Source: Fistulifera solaris
Lineage: Eukaryota
Assembly: GCA_030295235.1 (NCBI GenBank)
Contig: AP026167.1
Location: 558,001 to 622,000 of the forward strand
Length of the DNA: 64,000 nt
Direction of reading: 5' to 3'
Positions 35,953 through 46,729 of this stretch are shown piece after piece. The position numbers and the translations under genes are program-made. The stretch's first letter is position 1. Every line of letters begins with the position of its first letter. The notes beneath the pieces were generated by a model, which worked only from the letters and a program-made list of their open reading frames with translations, was not told where the DNA came from and searched no databases.

Positions 35953-37863
35953 ATGATGAACAGAGTCGCCGATGAAGGCGTGAAATGCGATAGGAGCCAG
36001 CGTCAAGCAGTAGAGAAGCCAAATCAACGTTGCGACGATGCTTCGACGAAAACGAGTGCACTTCATCTTGATGATGGTTTTGCCGCAAGCGGATCATCTT
36101 TGAAGATAATCGAAAATTCGAGTGCGTTAAACTTGAATATTATGAGTGATTCTGAATCTCCCAACCAAGAGAAATGCGCATTGACTTCGCAATTACGAGA
36201 TGATTCTTCGTCATCGACCGAAAGACCACTGCAAACATCGCCCACTTCTTCACGTCGCAGCAAGGAACAACCTTGGAATACCGAATGCAATTCTCACCAT
36301 GATTTATTCGACTTTGAGGACGGGGAACCGGAATATTTAAACAGACAATGCACCGCACAACTCTGTTTGACGAAGACGGACGACACTGAGGCAGCTACAA
36401 AGGGAAAAAGGCCGACGACCTCTCGTCGTAAAAGCCCTGGCACTCTGACAACATTCGAAAGGACTACAAGGCGATACCGAAACCGAATTGTATGCTGTAT
36501 GGTGCTCTTTGTCATATCAATGGTTTCTATGGGAATTACGTTGTTTATCAACGAGGGACAGTTCAGCAACCGTGAAACTCCATCACTTTTCCCAATCATC
36601 GGCCCCACCCAACTCGCCGGCCTCACTCCTACCATCCCAAGTAATGATCGCGCAGACAGCGTACCTTGTCTCAAAGCTGTCGAGATCGGATTGGAGGGAA
36701 AAACAATATCCGGCATTCTTCACGGTCCAAGTTTCAGCAATGTGACCCAGCGATCCTTTCATCGGTGGTGTGCCGCAGATGAAGTACAATACCCTATTAT
36801 TTTCGGGCCAGCAGTCTACTACAAGTTCAAAGGGAATGGGTTGACAACAACACTCCGTTTTCGTGGAGGCAAGAGATACCGGCTCAATGTATACGAATCT
36901 TGCACGACAGGTCCGAGAGCGTATTACGACGAATCATGCGTCGGTAGCGTTTCAACATTTTCGCCCGATTATGCAACAATAGCGTTAGATGCGGCAAATG
37001 ATATCAACTATTTCATTCTCATTTCCGCCACTGAAAGTCGCGAAAACGACTACGGAGCATACGAAATTGCTCTTTCAAGTAATGACAGCTGCGAACGTGC
37101 TTCAGAGATACCAATCGACGGTTCGATTTTACCTGCTGCTGCACCTGCAGTTGAAGGATCTTTCCTAAGCTGTAATTCGACGAATCAAGTCGGTGCTTGG
37201 TATTCGGTGCTGGGGACCGGGGAATCGTATACATTGAACACCTGTCAAAGCACGTCACCAGGGACGCAACTGACTGTTTACAAGGACGGTTGTGGAGAAT
37301 CACAGCAATGTATGGGCACGAGCGAGATCGGATACGCGTGCGCCGAGCACGGGTCGGTTTCATGGGTATCTGCACCAAATGAACGGTACTACATTCATGC
37401 CTACGGGTCCGGCGGTATGTTCAATCTTTCTGCCTTCCGCACTTTGCCCCATGATCTGTGCGAAGGAGCTCTACCAATTAGTACGCAGATTACGCAAAAC
37501 TATTCCGGTGATACATCTGATGCCACATCTGCCTCCGACGCAGCCATTCTATGGTCCTCCATTTTCCCTTGTTCCGACTACAGCGGCAGTCCTGGTGTGT
37601 GGTACAGTATGCAGGGCGCTAACTTCATGAATGTGGATACCTGTGTTGATAAAGGCTTCGAACCGCAAATCATTTTGCTGCAAGGATCCTGTGATTCTCT
37701 TGCCTGCACCGAAGTCTCCGTTTCAAAGCCATGTAGGTCCGGTTCAGGAGCTCAAGTGTTGTGGAACCTTGTCCCTGGGGAAACGTATTATCTTTTCATT
37801 CATGGTCAAGAAAGAAACGAAACAGGTTCTTTCCAGCTATCCGTTACCGCATTTGAACGGTAA
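35953..37863 (+). CDS. Type II membrane protein with three Cys-containing beta-rich (PPC-like) extracellular repeats
   Basis: Disordered N-terminus; TM IVCCMVLFVISMVSMGITLFI; repeats starting PCLKAVEI / NDSCERASEI / HDLCEGALPI, each with (G/A)VWY-like and YYI/YYL...G.F.L motifs. Confidence 0.75.
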   Translation: MMNRVADEGVKCDRSQRQAVEKPNQRCDDASTKTSALHLDDGFAASGSSLKIIENSSALNLNIMSDSESPNQEKCALTSQLRDDSSSSTERPLQTSPTSSRRSKEQPWNTECNSHHDLFDFEDGEPEYLNRQCTAQLCLTKTDDTEAATKGKRPTTSRRKSPGTLTTFERTTRRYRNRIVCCMVLFVISMVSMGITLFINEGQFSNRETPSLFPIIGPTQLAGLTPTIPSNDRADSVPCLKAVEIGLEGKTISGILHGPSFSNVTQRSFHRWCAADEVQYPIIFGPAVYYKFKGNGLTTTLRFRGGKRYRLNVYESCTTGPRAYYDESCVGSVSTFSPDYATIALDAANDINYFILISATESRENDYGAYEIALSSNDSCERASEIPIDGSILPAAAPAVEGSFLSCNSTNQVGAWYSVLGTGESYTLNTCQSTSPGTQLTVYKDGCGESQQCMGTSEIGYACAEHGSVSWVSAPNERYYIHAYGSGGMFNLSAFRTLPHDLCEGALPISTQITQNYSGDTSDATSASDAAILWSSIFPCSDYSGSPGVWYSMQGANFMNVDTCVDKGFEPQIILLQGSCDSLACTEVSVSKPCRSGSGAQVLWNLVPGETYYLFIHGQERNETGSFQLSVTAFER

Positions 37864-37906
37864 AGGAAGGAAGGAAGGAAGGAAGGAAGGAAGGAAGGAA
37901 GGAAGG
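37863..37906 (+). repeat. (AAGG)n microsatellite directly after the stop codon
   Basis: About 11 AAGG units. Confidence 0.92.
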
Positions 37907-39089
37907 GGCCTTCCGTGACGGAAACTGCTCAGAGTACAAAATAATAATATAAGTCCATGTTAAAAGACGCAAATGAACAAGACAGCTAACCTCATTTCCA
38001 TCAGTTGGTGGTGCATCGCGTATCTCGACATGGAAGTTTTGTACAGCAGACACCTTTCGGTGTCCACAGCACAAAGATGTATAACAGTTCCGTACAGGTC
38101 TATGATATGGATGGTTCATCATCACTTGGGTTTTTCTTATTGCGTCCGAAAAAACCAACGAAATAATGTAACGTACCTTGGCAATCATTCTTGTTTCATG
38201 TTGTCGCACACAATCTATCTTAATCGAACCGATCAGTAAAAACGAAAAAACATGAGATGGATATTCGCCAAATCGTCAAGAGAATGTTTACGCGAAAAAG
38301 GCACGCATGCGTTTGTTCGTCTGTCTTGTCTGGAATGTGATCACGGTAAATCATTTGACACGCATGAATGATTTGTTTAAACAGATAATATCTTCCTCCG
38401 ATAAGATGCGTGTGCCCAGAAAGATATCGCACATGACTGTACTTACGTCGAAAGAAACGCAGAAGAATTCCTTCAAAGTGCCTTGCCAGGGAGCTCCGAT
38501 GGCGCAAACAGCGGTTGTGTTTATGAATTCGTTCCGCAACTCAAATGAGGTGTTCCTCATGGCTTTCATTATTTCTTTCAAAGGATCATGGCTTTCATGT
38601 CCAATGGATGGCGTTTGGAATGTTCGTCGACGGCGGGACACGCGGAATGACGGTCGGTCGACTGACAAAATACTGGTAACCTTAGTTATTTTTTCTTAAG
38701 GGTATATTGGACTGTTTTGATGAGTCTCTGAAAAGTTCTTGTTTTGTTAATAGGATAGTCGTACTATTGGCGGATAGTCAAGAGTACAATCCAAGATGAT
38801 TTCGAACTTTGAACCATGTTCTCTCGTTTTTACTCTATGACCGATGACCTTGATGATCGCACCTTTTCTGAACTATTGAAAAGAAAGTGGTTTTCTCACA
38901 CCGGTACGACAGTTCGCGATCGCGCAAGGATCTTTTCTCAATTGCCAAACCAGCAGACAGCATTTTGTTGCCTTTTTGCTTTCAACGCCTGTTCACAACT
39001 TTCTTGTTGACTACTTCTCAAAAAACTCTCTATTTTCCTGCTTTCTTTTCATTTAAACAAATCTTCGTCTCTCTGATCAAGTCTAAAAG

Positions 39090-40275
39090 ATGTTATTTCA
39101 AAGTGTTTTGTATTTAGTCCCCTTATTCTGGGCGACGACAATTACGGCACAAACTTTAGTCCCCGACGAGTTCTTCTTCGAGTATCGTTTCTTTGCCAAT
39201 ACGGCTGGCGAAGCCAACGGCACGGATGCCCCACTCGCCGTGATGTTAACGGCCTTGCAAAATCATTTGAATGAGTATATTGCTTCTCTCGAGAATGCCA
39301 CTATTTTTATTGATTCCATTGATTATTTCAGTCGAGGCAAGTAGTAGTATTAGTACCGTCCTCTCGTCGGGTTTTTTCTTCTCTCGTTGTGCCGATTTCT
39401 GACATTCTGTTGCTACAGCACCCTGCACCGAACAAGACTTTGAATTAGAGTACTCTGATTGTGGAACATACCGATCCAATGTTGTTATGAACATGGCCAG
39501 TGAGTACGATCCGGTCGTCGTCAAGCAAGTTCTGACGAGAGAAATTCAGACTTACGTGGAAGAAACCTACGCGAATGAGACCAACAATCAAGCCGATACG
39601 TTATACGATTATCCCAAGTGGGTGCAAACGACGGTTTACATGGAGCTAGTGGGTGTGTCGACACCGATGGATGAAGATGAAATGTTTTTGTTCTTACAGG
39701 AATTCGAAGATGGCTTTCGACCCCAAATGGAAGAAGACAATTATGATTGGGTCAAAAATGAAATACTGTACCAAGAAATCATGGACAATCGAGAGTCATT
39801 TAATGTGAAGGAGCGAAATGTGATCAATAAAGTTAAAATCATGCCCAAAGCGACGTGTTCCGGTGACTCGTGCAACGACGAAAACTTTTACAATTATCTC
39901 GTGCTGAATCTAGACGCATTCACGGAAGAATTCTTGGGGCGACTGCAAGGAGTATCCCCCAATGGGGCGGATGATTATTACACCGATATCATACAAATCA
40001 TTGTACGCAACGATCAACTCGAAATGCCCGAATTGCCCCCCGAGGAAAACTTGGATCCCACCGCGAGCAAGGCGGGAGATGACAAGGACATTCCCTTTTG
40101 GTTGTGGATCCTGGCATTACTGGCGGTCATCACGGTCGTCGTCACACTCATCTATGTCTGTATTCTGTCGCCGCGACGAAAAGCGGTGGAAAAGGACGAC
40201 GAAAACGGATATGAACGTCCGAGCCACCACAGCATGAATCAGGATGACCCTGCGTCGCCGGAGACTCCTATATAG
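39090..40275 (+). CDS. Type I membrane protein (signal peptide, acidic ectodomain, C-terminal TM); GC-AG intron 39337..39418
   Basis: Signal MLFQSVLYLVPLFWATTITA; TM IPFWLWILALLAVITVVVTLIYVCIL. The AG|GCAAGT donor joins in frame to TACAG|CA. Confidence 0.75.
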
Positions 40276-40598
40276 TTGTCAGCGCATATCATGCACACTT
40301 TTGATTGTAATCATCCAATTAATTGTATTAACTAGGTTTAACGTCCGAATTCTCAGCACTTCTTAAATTTCATATTTAGTGAGCATACTCAAAGGCGGCG
40401 ATGACGTGTATGTATAGTTTCATGGCACGAGTATCTTTCTTGAAGCGCGTCGAAAATCACTGCTGCAGCAATAGGAACCATAAATGGTAACGATTCTTTG
40501 GGAAGATGGATCATCGCTGTGCAATCCGTTAGGAGCCGATCATGTTTCCATACGTGTTTCATTGTTCAACAAGGGGAGCCAACGATTTGAGACAATCA

Positions 40599-41366
40599 CT
40601 AGAATTCCATGTACATTTGTCGTTTCGCTTTGTTGATTCGTTTCACAACCGCATCGATTTCGTCATCTTGTAATGTGAAAACACCAAAGACTTCTTCCAA
40701 AGACTTTGACGTATCCTCGAACGCTCCCATACATTCCAGAGTCAACCGGTCCAAGAACGTCCGAGGGAGATGCGTGTCACTGGATAGTAGCGTCATGTCA
40801 TCCATAATAGTGGGATCCATCGTAACCGTATCGTCGTAGGTATATACCGTTGTAGCATCGTCGACCTTGGGTTCGGGCGTCACAATCCGTGTACGGCGTT
40901 GGGGTGGTGCGGAAGAGATATCATCATCTGTGTTGAGTCGTTCCGCATCAGAATTCGTCTCGGTAATTAGAGGATAGGGCATTTCGTGATTCCGTGGTAC
41001 ATGTTGGTGCCTTGAATGGGGAAGGGCATGTGGCTCGGATGCATTCCGTTGCATGCGCTCGACTCGCAGGTCGTCGTACTGAGCGCGCCGTTCGACATCG
41101 CCCAATATCCGGACCGCCAGTACCACGGCATCTATTTGCTTTTGACAATCTTGACCTTGTTCTAATTTGTGAAGTAATTCACGACGTTTCACAAAAAACG
41201 CGTCATGTATTTCTCGACACGTCGCGTGGTTCGAAACTCGTAAACAATCTTTATACAAATCGGCGTTGGGACCAAATGCATCATCGACGGCTTGTAAATC
41301 GAGCAAGGCGGGATTATTGTTGGCTTGTTGTGTCCTGTTGGACGTTTGTATTAGACTTCGTCGCAT
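40599..41366 (-). CDS. J-domain-like protein lacking the HPD motif
   Basis: DLYKDCLRVS..AT..EI..AF....R and AVRILGD..RRAQYD match DnaJ helices I, II and IV; no HPD loop. Confidence 0.65.
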   Translation of the reverse strand: MRRSLIQTSNRTQQANNNPALLDLQAVDDAFGPNADLYKDCLRVSNHATCREIHDAFFVKRRELLHKLEQGQDCQKQIDAVVLAVRILGDVERRAQYDDLRVERMQRNASEPHALPHSRHQHVPRNHEMPYPLITETNSDAERLNTDDDISSAPPQRRTRIVTPEPKVDDATTVYTYDDTVTMDPTIMDDMTLLSSDTHLPRTFLDRLTLECMGAFEDTSKSLEEVFGVFTLQDDEIDAVVKRINKAKRQMYMEF

Positions 41367-42476
41367 TTGAACTGAAAGAGCTGGTTCGCTTTTGTTTTGA
41401 ATTTCGTATCAATGCAAAGGCTTTTGTACGTAGTACGAGTACGTAGTAGGACGAAAAGAGCGCACCTTTCTTCACTATCCTGTATCCTGTAGCGGGACAT
41501 CTCTTAATTGTGAGCGGGAAAACTCGCGCTAGACATGCCCAACGGAAAGTCAGCATGGCCTTCTACCGTTAATACGGCGTAAAAAAGGCGACCTTTTATC
41601 GTGACTCAACTCATCATTATGGAGACACATTACTACGTACCATAAGAAAGTAGCAACACCAATTTCTTTTGCGCAAAGTAGAGAACTAGTTGATCCAAGG
41701 ATGTGTAATATTGCAAAGCCTGGTGAAAGGGATGGAAGAAATCGGTTGTCTTTTCCAAAAGAGGGACAAGATGACAATTTATCTTGCCGACGATTCATTT
41801 TTAGAAAAATTACAGCAATAACACCTGCTATGGACAAATGCGAACCTCACTAATCGATTCCATGTCGAATTTCAATAGGCAAGTTATCTCAGATTCATTT
41901 GCATCGACTAGCTCTAGCTCTAGACTAGATTAGCTTCAGCGTTAGCTACCGCCGGCTTGCGGCTTCGAGAGCGACTCAGCGGAGGAGTTTTCGGCAAGAA
42001 CGGTTTTCGGTTTCGCGTTGGCTTCCTATTCAGCTTTCACTATCGATTTGTTTGTGGTCACTCATTAACCGTTTTACCGATTCAAAAATTTCGTCTACTA
42101 TTTTGTAGGGCGAAAGAATTTGTTCAGCGGTAACATTTCCCACAGTAATCGATATACCAGAACTGCAACGGATTTTTGGAAGCCGAAATTTCGTCTATCT
42201 ATAATATTTTAGTAGCGGTACGGCACTCGTCCGTAAGACCCACACTTATTGTTTAATAGAAAGCAGCCAACGCGAGCGTAGCACTTCCCTTTCGTAGACG
42301 TAGCTTGGATTACGTCCGCAAGACGACTCGACATAGCCTCGTTGTTGCGCTTGTTGCTGTCCTTGTTTTATCATCGACATCAAATCATTCCTTCTATTCA
42401 TACTATTCCAGAGTTTAACTGAATCATATTTGTTGTTACTGAAAGAAAGCTGATCCAGGCATTCGAAGTCTTTACA

Positions 42477-43860
42477 ATGAAATCGCCAACAACAAACTTG
42501 TTCGATTCGCCCCTTTCACACCAAGCGGAGAAAACACCTCTACGGCGCCGAGAAAATGATTCGTTCGCCGCTCCAACATACCATACTGGGTCCATTGGAG
42601 AACTGCCAGTGCTCTCTCATCATCAACGCAGAGTGAGAAGGCAAGCAAACGATACCGAGCGACTTATCCGGATGGGAATGAAAGCGGTTTTACTTTCTCC
42701 TGTGGTGGTCTTGGTGATTTGGAGTGTGTTCCTAGTAACGTCCAAACCGATGACATCCAACGCACGATCGGCAGTTCGTGTTCCTGTTCGACCAAAGTCG
42801 TCTTCAAGAGAAGGTGGCCTGGTCGATGTCCATCAGAATGCTGGATTCATAGTGCCTCTCAACGCCATAAATAACAATGTCGTGGCAAACTCAATGAGCG
42901 GAAATACGGATTCTCTCGTCGTCGCTCGTCCGCACCCGCATCCTCGCGAGGAAGGACCTGTCGTCTACTTGCAACCTCCGGCCTACGGTTCGGGATTTCC
43001 CGCTATTTCTTCATTCATGGGCATGACGCGATCACAAACGTTACAAGGACAACCATTGCAGTCAGAGACCATGTTCGGAGAAGGAAACATGATGATGCAA
43101 GCGCAACCGATGCAACAAGAAGCCATGCAAGGACAAAGTCTTCTTGTACAACCACCCATTCAGGCACAAGCTGCACAGGGACAAAACATCATTGTGCAAC
43201 CACCCAATCTGCAAGCGCAATCGCTACAAGGACAAACGTACATGATGCAAGCACAACCGATGGATACCGAAACCCTGCAAGGACAAAATAACATGGTGCA
43301 AGCACAGCCAAGCATGGGAAGGAGTCAGCCCGCTGTTCAGCCGGGTGTTTCGGTGCGATATTACTACTACGACCCGGCTCACACCAAGCAAGATGCATCG
43401 GGCAACCTCATTCTACCAGATACTGTATATGATAGCCAAGGACGTGCTGTTCCTCTGGCGTTACTGCAACAGGATGCTGTGCTCCAACAAGATCCTCCTC
43501 GCGGGGTCTTCCACCACGACAACTTTACCAACGATTCCAGTATTCCACGCATCAATATCACTTATTCACACCCCAACACGGTACAAACGCGCAAGGAGAG
43601 GAAAAAGCAGGCCACGTTTGCCGCGGGAGACATTCCAACCGTCGGGACGGATCAATCGATAATTGTTGGAACGGCCGGTATCATGGCTCTTTTGGTAGGA
43701 GCCTTGTCCGCCCGAAGGTTGCGATCCAAAGGAATCCTTTCTTTGTGCATGGATGACGAAAACTTGCAAGACGATGCCGCTTATGATACAGCTTTCACAA
43801 CATCGGGATCGTACAACACGTTCGCTTGGAAGGGGGGATCTGGAGAAATTCGATGTATAG
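42477..43860 (+). CDS. Two-TM membrane protein with Gln-rich repeats; G-run indel ~43833 giving C-terminus ...YNTFAWKGDLEKFDV*
   Basis: 462-codon ORF; TMs AVLLSPVVVLVIWSVFLV and IIVGTAGIMALLVGALSA; repeats of QGQxxxxQ(A/P)(Q/P)P. Confidence 0.7.
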
Positions 43861-44244
43861 TGTGATGGAGTTGTGACTTGTGACTAGTTGATTCTACCTG
43901 TTTCTTACTAAAGTAAGAATTGGTTTAAATGCGCAATAAGGTAACTAGCGATTTGGACTTTTCATACTTAGAGCTAGCTAGAGCAACACTAATGTAACGT
44001 TGGCAAACGCTGATGAACTGTCCAACACCACGGTACCATACCTAGCTGGTTCGACCAGCTGCAAAAGACACGAAGATACGTCGAACTCTCCGAACCTCTG
44101 GCCTACTTTTTCTGATATACAAAACGTAAGTTCAACATTATCGCTTTGCCGCTTTTCCACGTTACCCTGGTAGCTTTCCTTTCGTCGGCATTTCATTCCT
44201 CACTCGTCCTTGTCATCTGACAACAATCATACTGTACTAATATC

Positions 44245-44985
44245 ATGGGTGCCTGTAGCTCTATTTTGAAGCAAATTATAGTCGTGGCCGCCAACGAAGT
44301 GGCCCAGCAGCAAGAAGAGTCCAAGCCGACCTCGCAACAGCCGTCAAAGCCCTCATCACAACATCATGAGGAATTTCAACCTTCGTCGCAAAAGGTATCT
44401 AGTGGCGATGCCGTCTATTCTAACTTGCCTGCCAATGCTGAGAAAGTCGCAGTGCGTAATGTGTACGACGGAGATACGTTGACCTTGCAGAATGAGGACA
44501 GAGTTCGTTTTGTTGGGATTGATACTCCAGAAATCAAGGAAAACGAGCCGTTTGCCGTCGAAGCAAAGGAATACACGAAGAGTCGGTGCAACAAAGGTGA
44601 TCTTTATTTGGTGCAAAGCGGAGGAAGAGACAAGTTTGACCGTATTTTGGCTTATGCTTATGTCCAACAAGATGATGGAAGCTTCCTATGTTTAAATGAA
44701 GGTCTTGTGGCATCTGGGCTTGCCGTGGCCTATTCGCCGTCCGTATCGGAACGCCCTGACAATTGGGACAAGTTGTTGTCTTTGCAAAGCCGTGCTCGCG
44801 AAAAAGGTCTCGGGCGCTGGAGCCAGTTCAAAGATCGCGATGTTGTCAAAACGGCGAATGGTAGTGCTTACCATTCACGTTCTTGTGAACACTTGTCAAG
44901 CGTAAGGAATTTGACAGAAATGAAAGAGAGCGAAGCGATAGAGAAAGGATTACACCCTTGTCGATCGTGTTTGACTCTTGGGTGA
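44245..44985 (+). CDS. Staphylococcal/thermonuclease-family nuclease fused to an Ada-like Cys/His metal-binding module; N-terminal MGAC acylation motif
   Basis: SNase motifs VYDGDT, VRFVGIDTPE, DKFDRILAY, LNEGLVASGLA, AREKGLGRW; tail TANGSAYHSRSCEHL...EAIEKGLHPCRSC. Confidence 0.88.
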   Translation: MGACSSILKQIIVVAANEVAQQQEESKPTSQQPSKPSSQHHEEFQPSSQKVSSGDAVYSNLPANAEKVAVRNVYDGDTLTLQNEDRVRFVGIDTPEIKENEPFAVEAKEYTKSRCNKGDLYLVQSGGRDKFDRILAYAYVQQDDGSFLCLNEGLVASGLAVAYSPSVSERPDNWDKLLSLQSRAREKGLGRWSQFKDRDVVKTANGSAYHSRSCEHLSSVRNLTEMKESEAIEKGLHPCRSCLTLG

Positions 44986-45872
44986 AGTTGGGGCGAAAGA
45001 TATTGATTTTGCCACGGTCGGTTCTCAACGTATTATGCCTAGGCCTAGCCGGAAGGCAATGTTATTTGGTTGATAACTACAATTGTAGAGTATTTTGTGA
45101 TTACTCTAGCAAACGTGATTCGAGTAGAAATGAATGTGGCTTGTTTCTTCTTCTGCAGTAGTCACACAAAAACGTTGCGTGATATTAGCAATGCACCTCC
45201 CGGGCGTAGACCGAAAATCTGTTCCATAGCTCTCCACATTTTTGTAAGGCAGCTCTTGAGTAACTTATTCACGTCGGAATCCTCCCTTAAAAACAATCAG
45301 CGGGATCGTCAAGTAAAGAACTGAATATGAGGATATTGATCACTATTACCTCCCTAGAGCGTCGGCATCGCAAAATCGGGAGTTTTTTCTACAAAAACTT
45401 GCTTCTGACTACCTGGTATCAGGTCCATTTACAACTGATCGCTGGGTAATTTACGTGAGAACGATATTTTCAAATGCCCTATAGTGTCACAACATGATAG
45501 ACTTGTTGTCTGTCAAGAGTCACGAGTCGATATTGTGTTGGTATTTTTGTTTTCTCTGTGTTAATGGCATCAATGTTGCCGATCTCTTTTGTGGAAAGTA
45601 ACTTACGGTAGTTGTTAAGGTCGCTTTACACTCGACATGGATCGGTAGAATCTGTCGGAGATATTTCCGGGACTGGAATTTCGTTGAGGAGTCGGAGTTA
45701 TCTCGCCTACACTTTATTGAGATAGTGTGCTCAAATCACTTTGCGGGTGCCACACAGACGACGACTCGTCTCGCATCAATCAATGCTCTCGAAATCGTCT
45801 CGAGCATCGACATGCAACCGCCGAAAGTGAAACAAAGTCAGTCTTTCTCTTACTTACAAACGCGCTCTTACC

Positions 45873-46634
45873 ATGACCTCTTTGAAAACACCATTCATTG
45901 TCTTGCAGCGTCGTGGATTCTCTACGGGAACGCGAGGCGCCCGCGGTCACGGCTGGTTGACCAATTTTCGAGAAGGTAAGGGCGGACGACACTTACAAGG
46001 CGAATACTTTGATCGGTCGCAATCCGATGCTTTGGCCTGGAATCGCGCCGTTTTAGAATTGGGAAGTAAGCGTGTTCACATGAAGGTGGTTGCTGAACCG
46101 AAATCGAGCACGGAACAAACTGCTTCGTTGGATAATTTAACGGGTGCGGCGTTCGATTTGGAGATAGATGTAGCCAGCGCCGTTTTCCCAGAAACAGTGG
46201 AAAACTTTGTACAGTTGCTACAAGAGAAATATCGCGGAACACGACTATATCGGGTGGAGCGCAATGTGGGCTTTTATGGTGGTGATGTTGTGACAAATAC
46301 GGGCAAGGCGGGGCATTCCGCGGGCGATTTCCCTCGATTAGCGACGACACGAGATCTTTCTTCGGCGCTTTGGCACGTGCCTGGGACGATTTCCATGGTG
46401 GTGCCGACCGTCGGTGAAATTGATTCGCGGTTTCTGCTGTGCTCTCATTATGCACCGCATCTAGATGGTATTCACCGTGCGTTTGGTATGCTGACCGATG
46501 ATAGCCTATCACTGGTCAAAGAATGGCACGATACGCTCTGGACCACGTACGGTGTACCAGCGGGGTTCGACTTGATTCTAACGAAGGGCGGCGTCGTGGA
46601 TGAAAGTCACTCTTCGTCGTCACAAGCAGCATAA
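45873..46634 (+). CDS. Degenerate cyclophilin-fold protein with mitochondrial-type presequence
   Basis: FPETVENF, YRGTRLYRV, YGGD, HVPGTISM, DSRFLL, APHLDGIHRAFG; leader MTSLKTPFIVLQRRGFST. Confidence 0.7.
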   Translation: MTSLKTPFIVLQRRGFSTGTRGARGHGWLTNFREGKGGRHLQGEYFDRSQSDALAWNRAVLELGSKRVHMKVVAEPKSSTEQTASLDNLTGAAFDLEIDVASAVFPETVENFVQLLQEKYRGTRLYRVERNVGFYGGDVVTNTGKAGHSAGDFPRLATTRDLSSALWHVPGTISMVVPTVGEIDSRFLLCSHYAPHLDGIHRAFGMLTDDSLSLVKEWHDTLWTTYGVPAGFDLILTKGGVVDESHSSSSQAA

Positions 46635-46729
46635 TTCGAAAAAGCAATTGTTCTAAAAATGTTAACTAAGAGAGTGCTATTCTTGGGTCGACATCTATAC
46701 AAATGGAAGGGTTCTGCGCTGTTCGCTTT

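Noticed and set aside
37973..38699. Short ORFs on both strands and splice-donor-like GTAAGT/GTACGT on the minus strand
   Set aside because: No coherent spliced ORF or recognisable motif could be built. It could be a lncRNA, but the sequence alone does not support this.
41900..42240. Possible structured ncRNA or snRNA in the divergent intergenic region
   Set aside because: Only short CTAG repeats and a duplicated AAATTTCGTCTA; no U1/U2/U5/U6 or other RNA signature recognised.
44043..44059. Hairpin AGCTGGT-TCG-ACCAGCT as tRNA or terminator
   Set aside because: Isolated 7-bp stem with no cloverleaf and no U-tract; could be chance.
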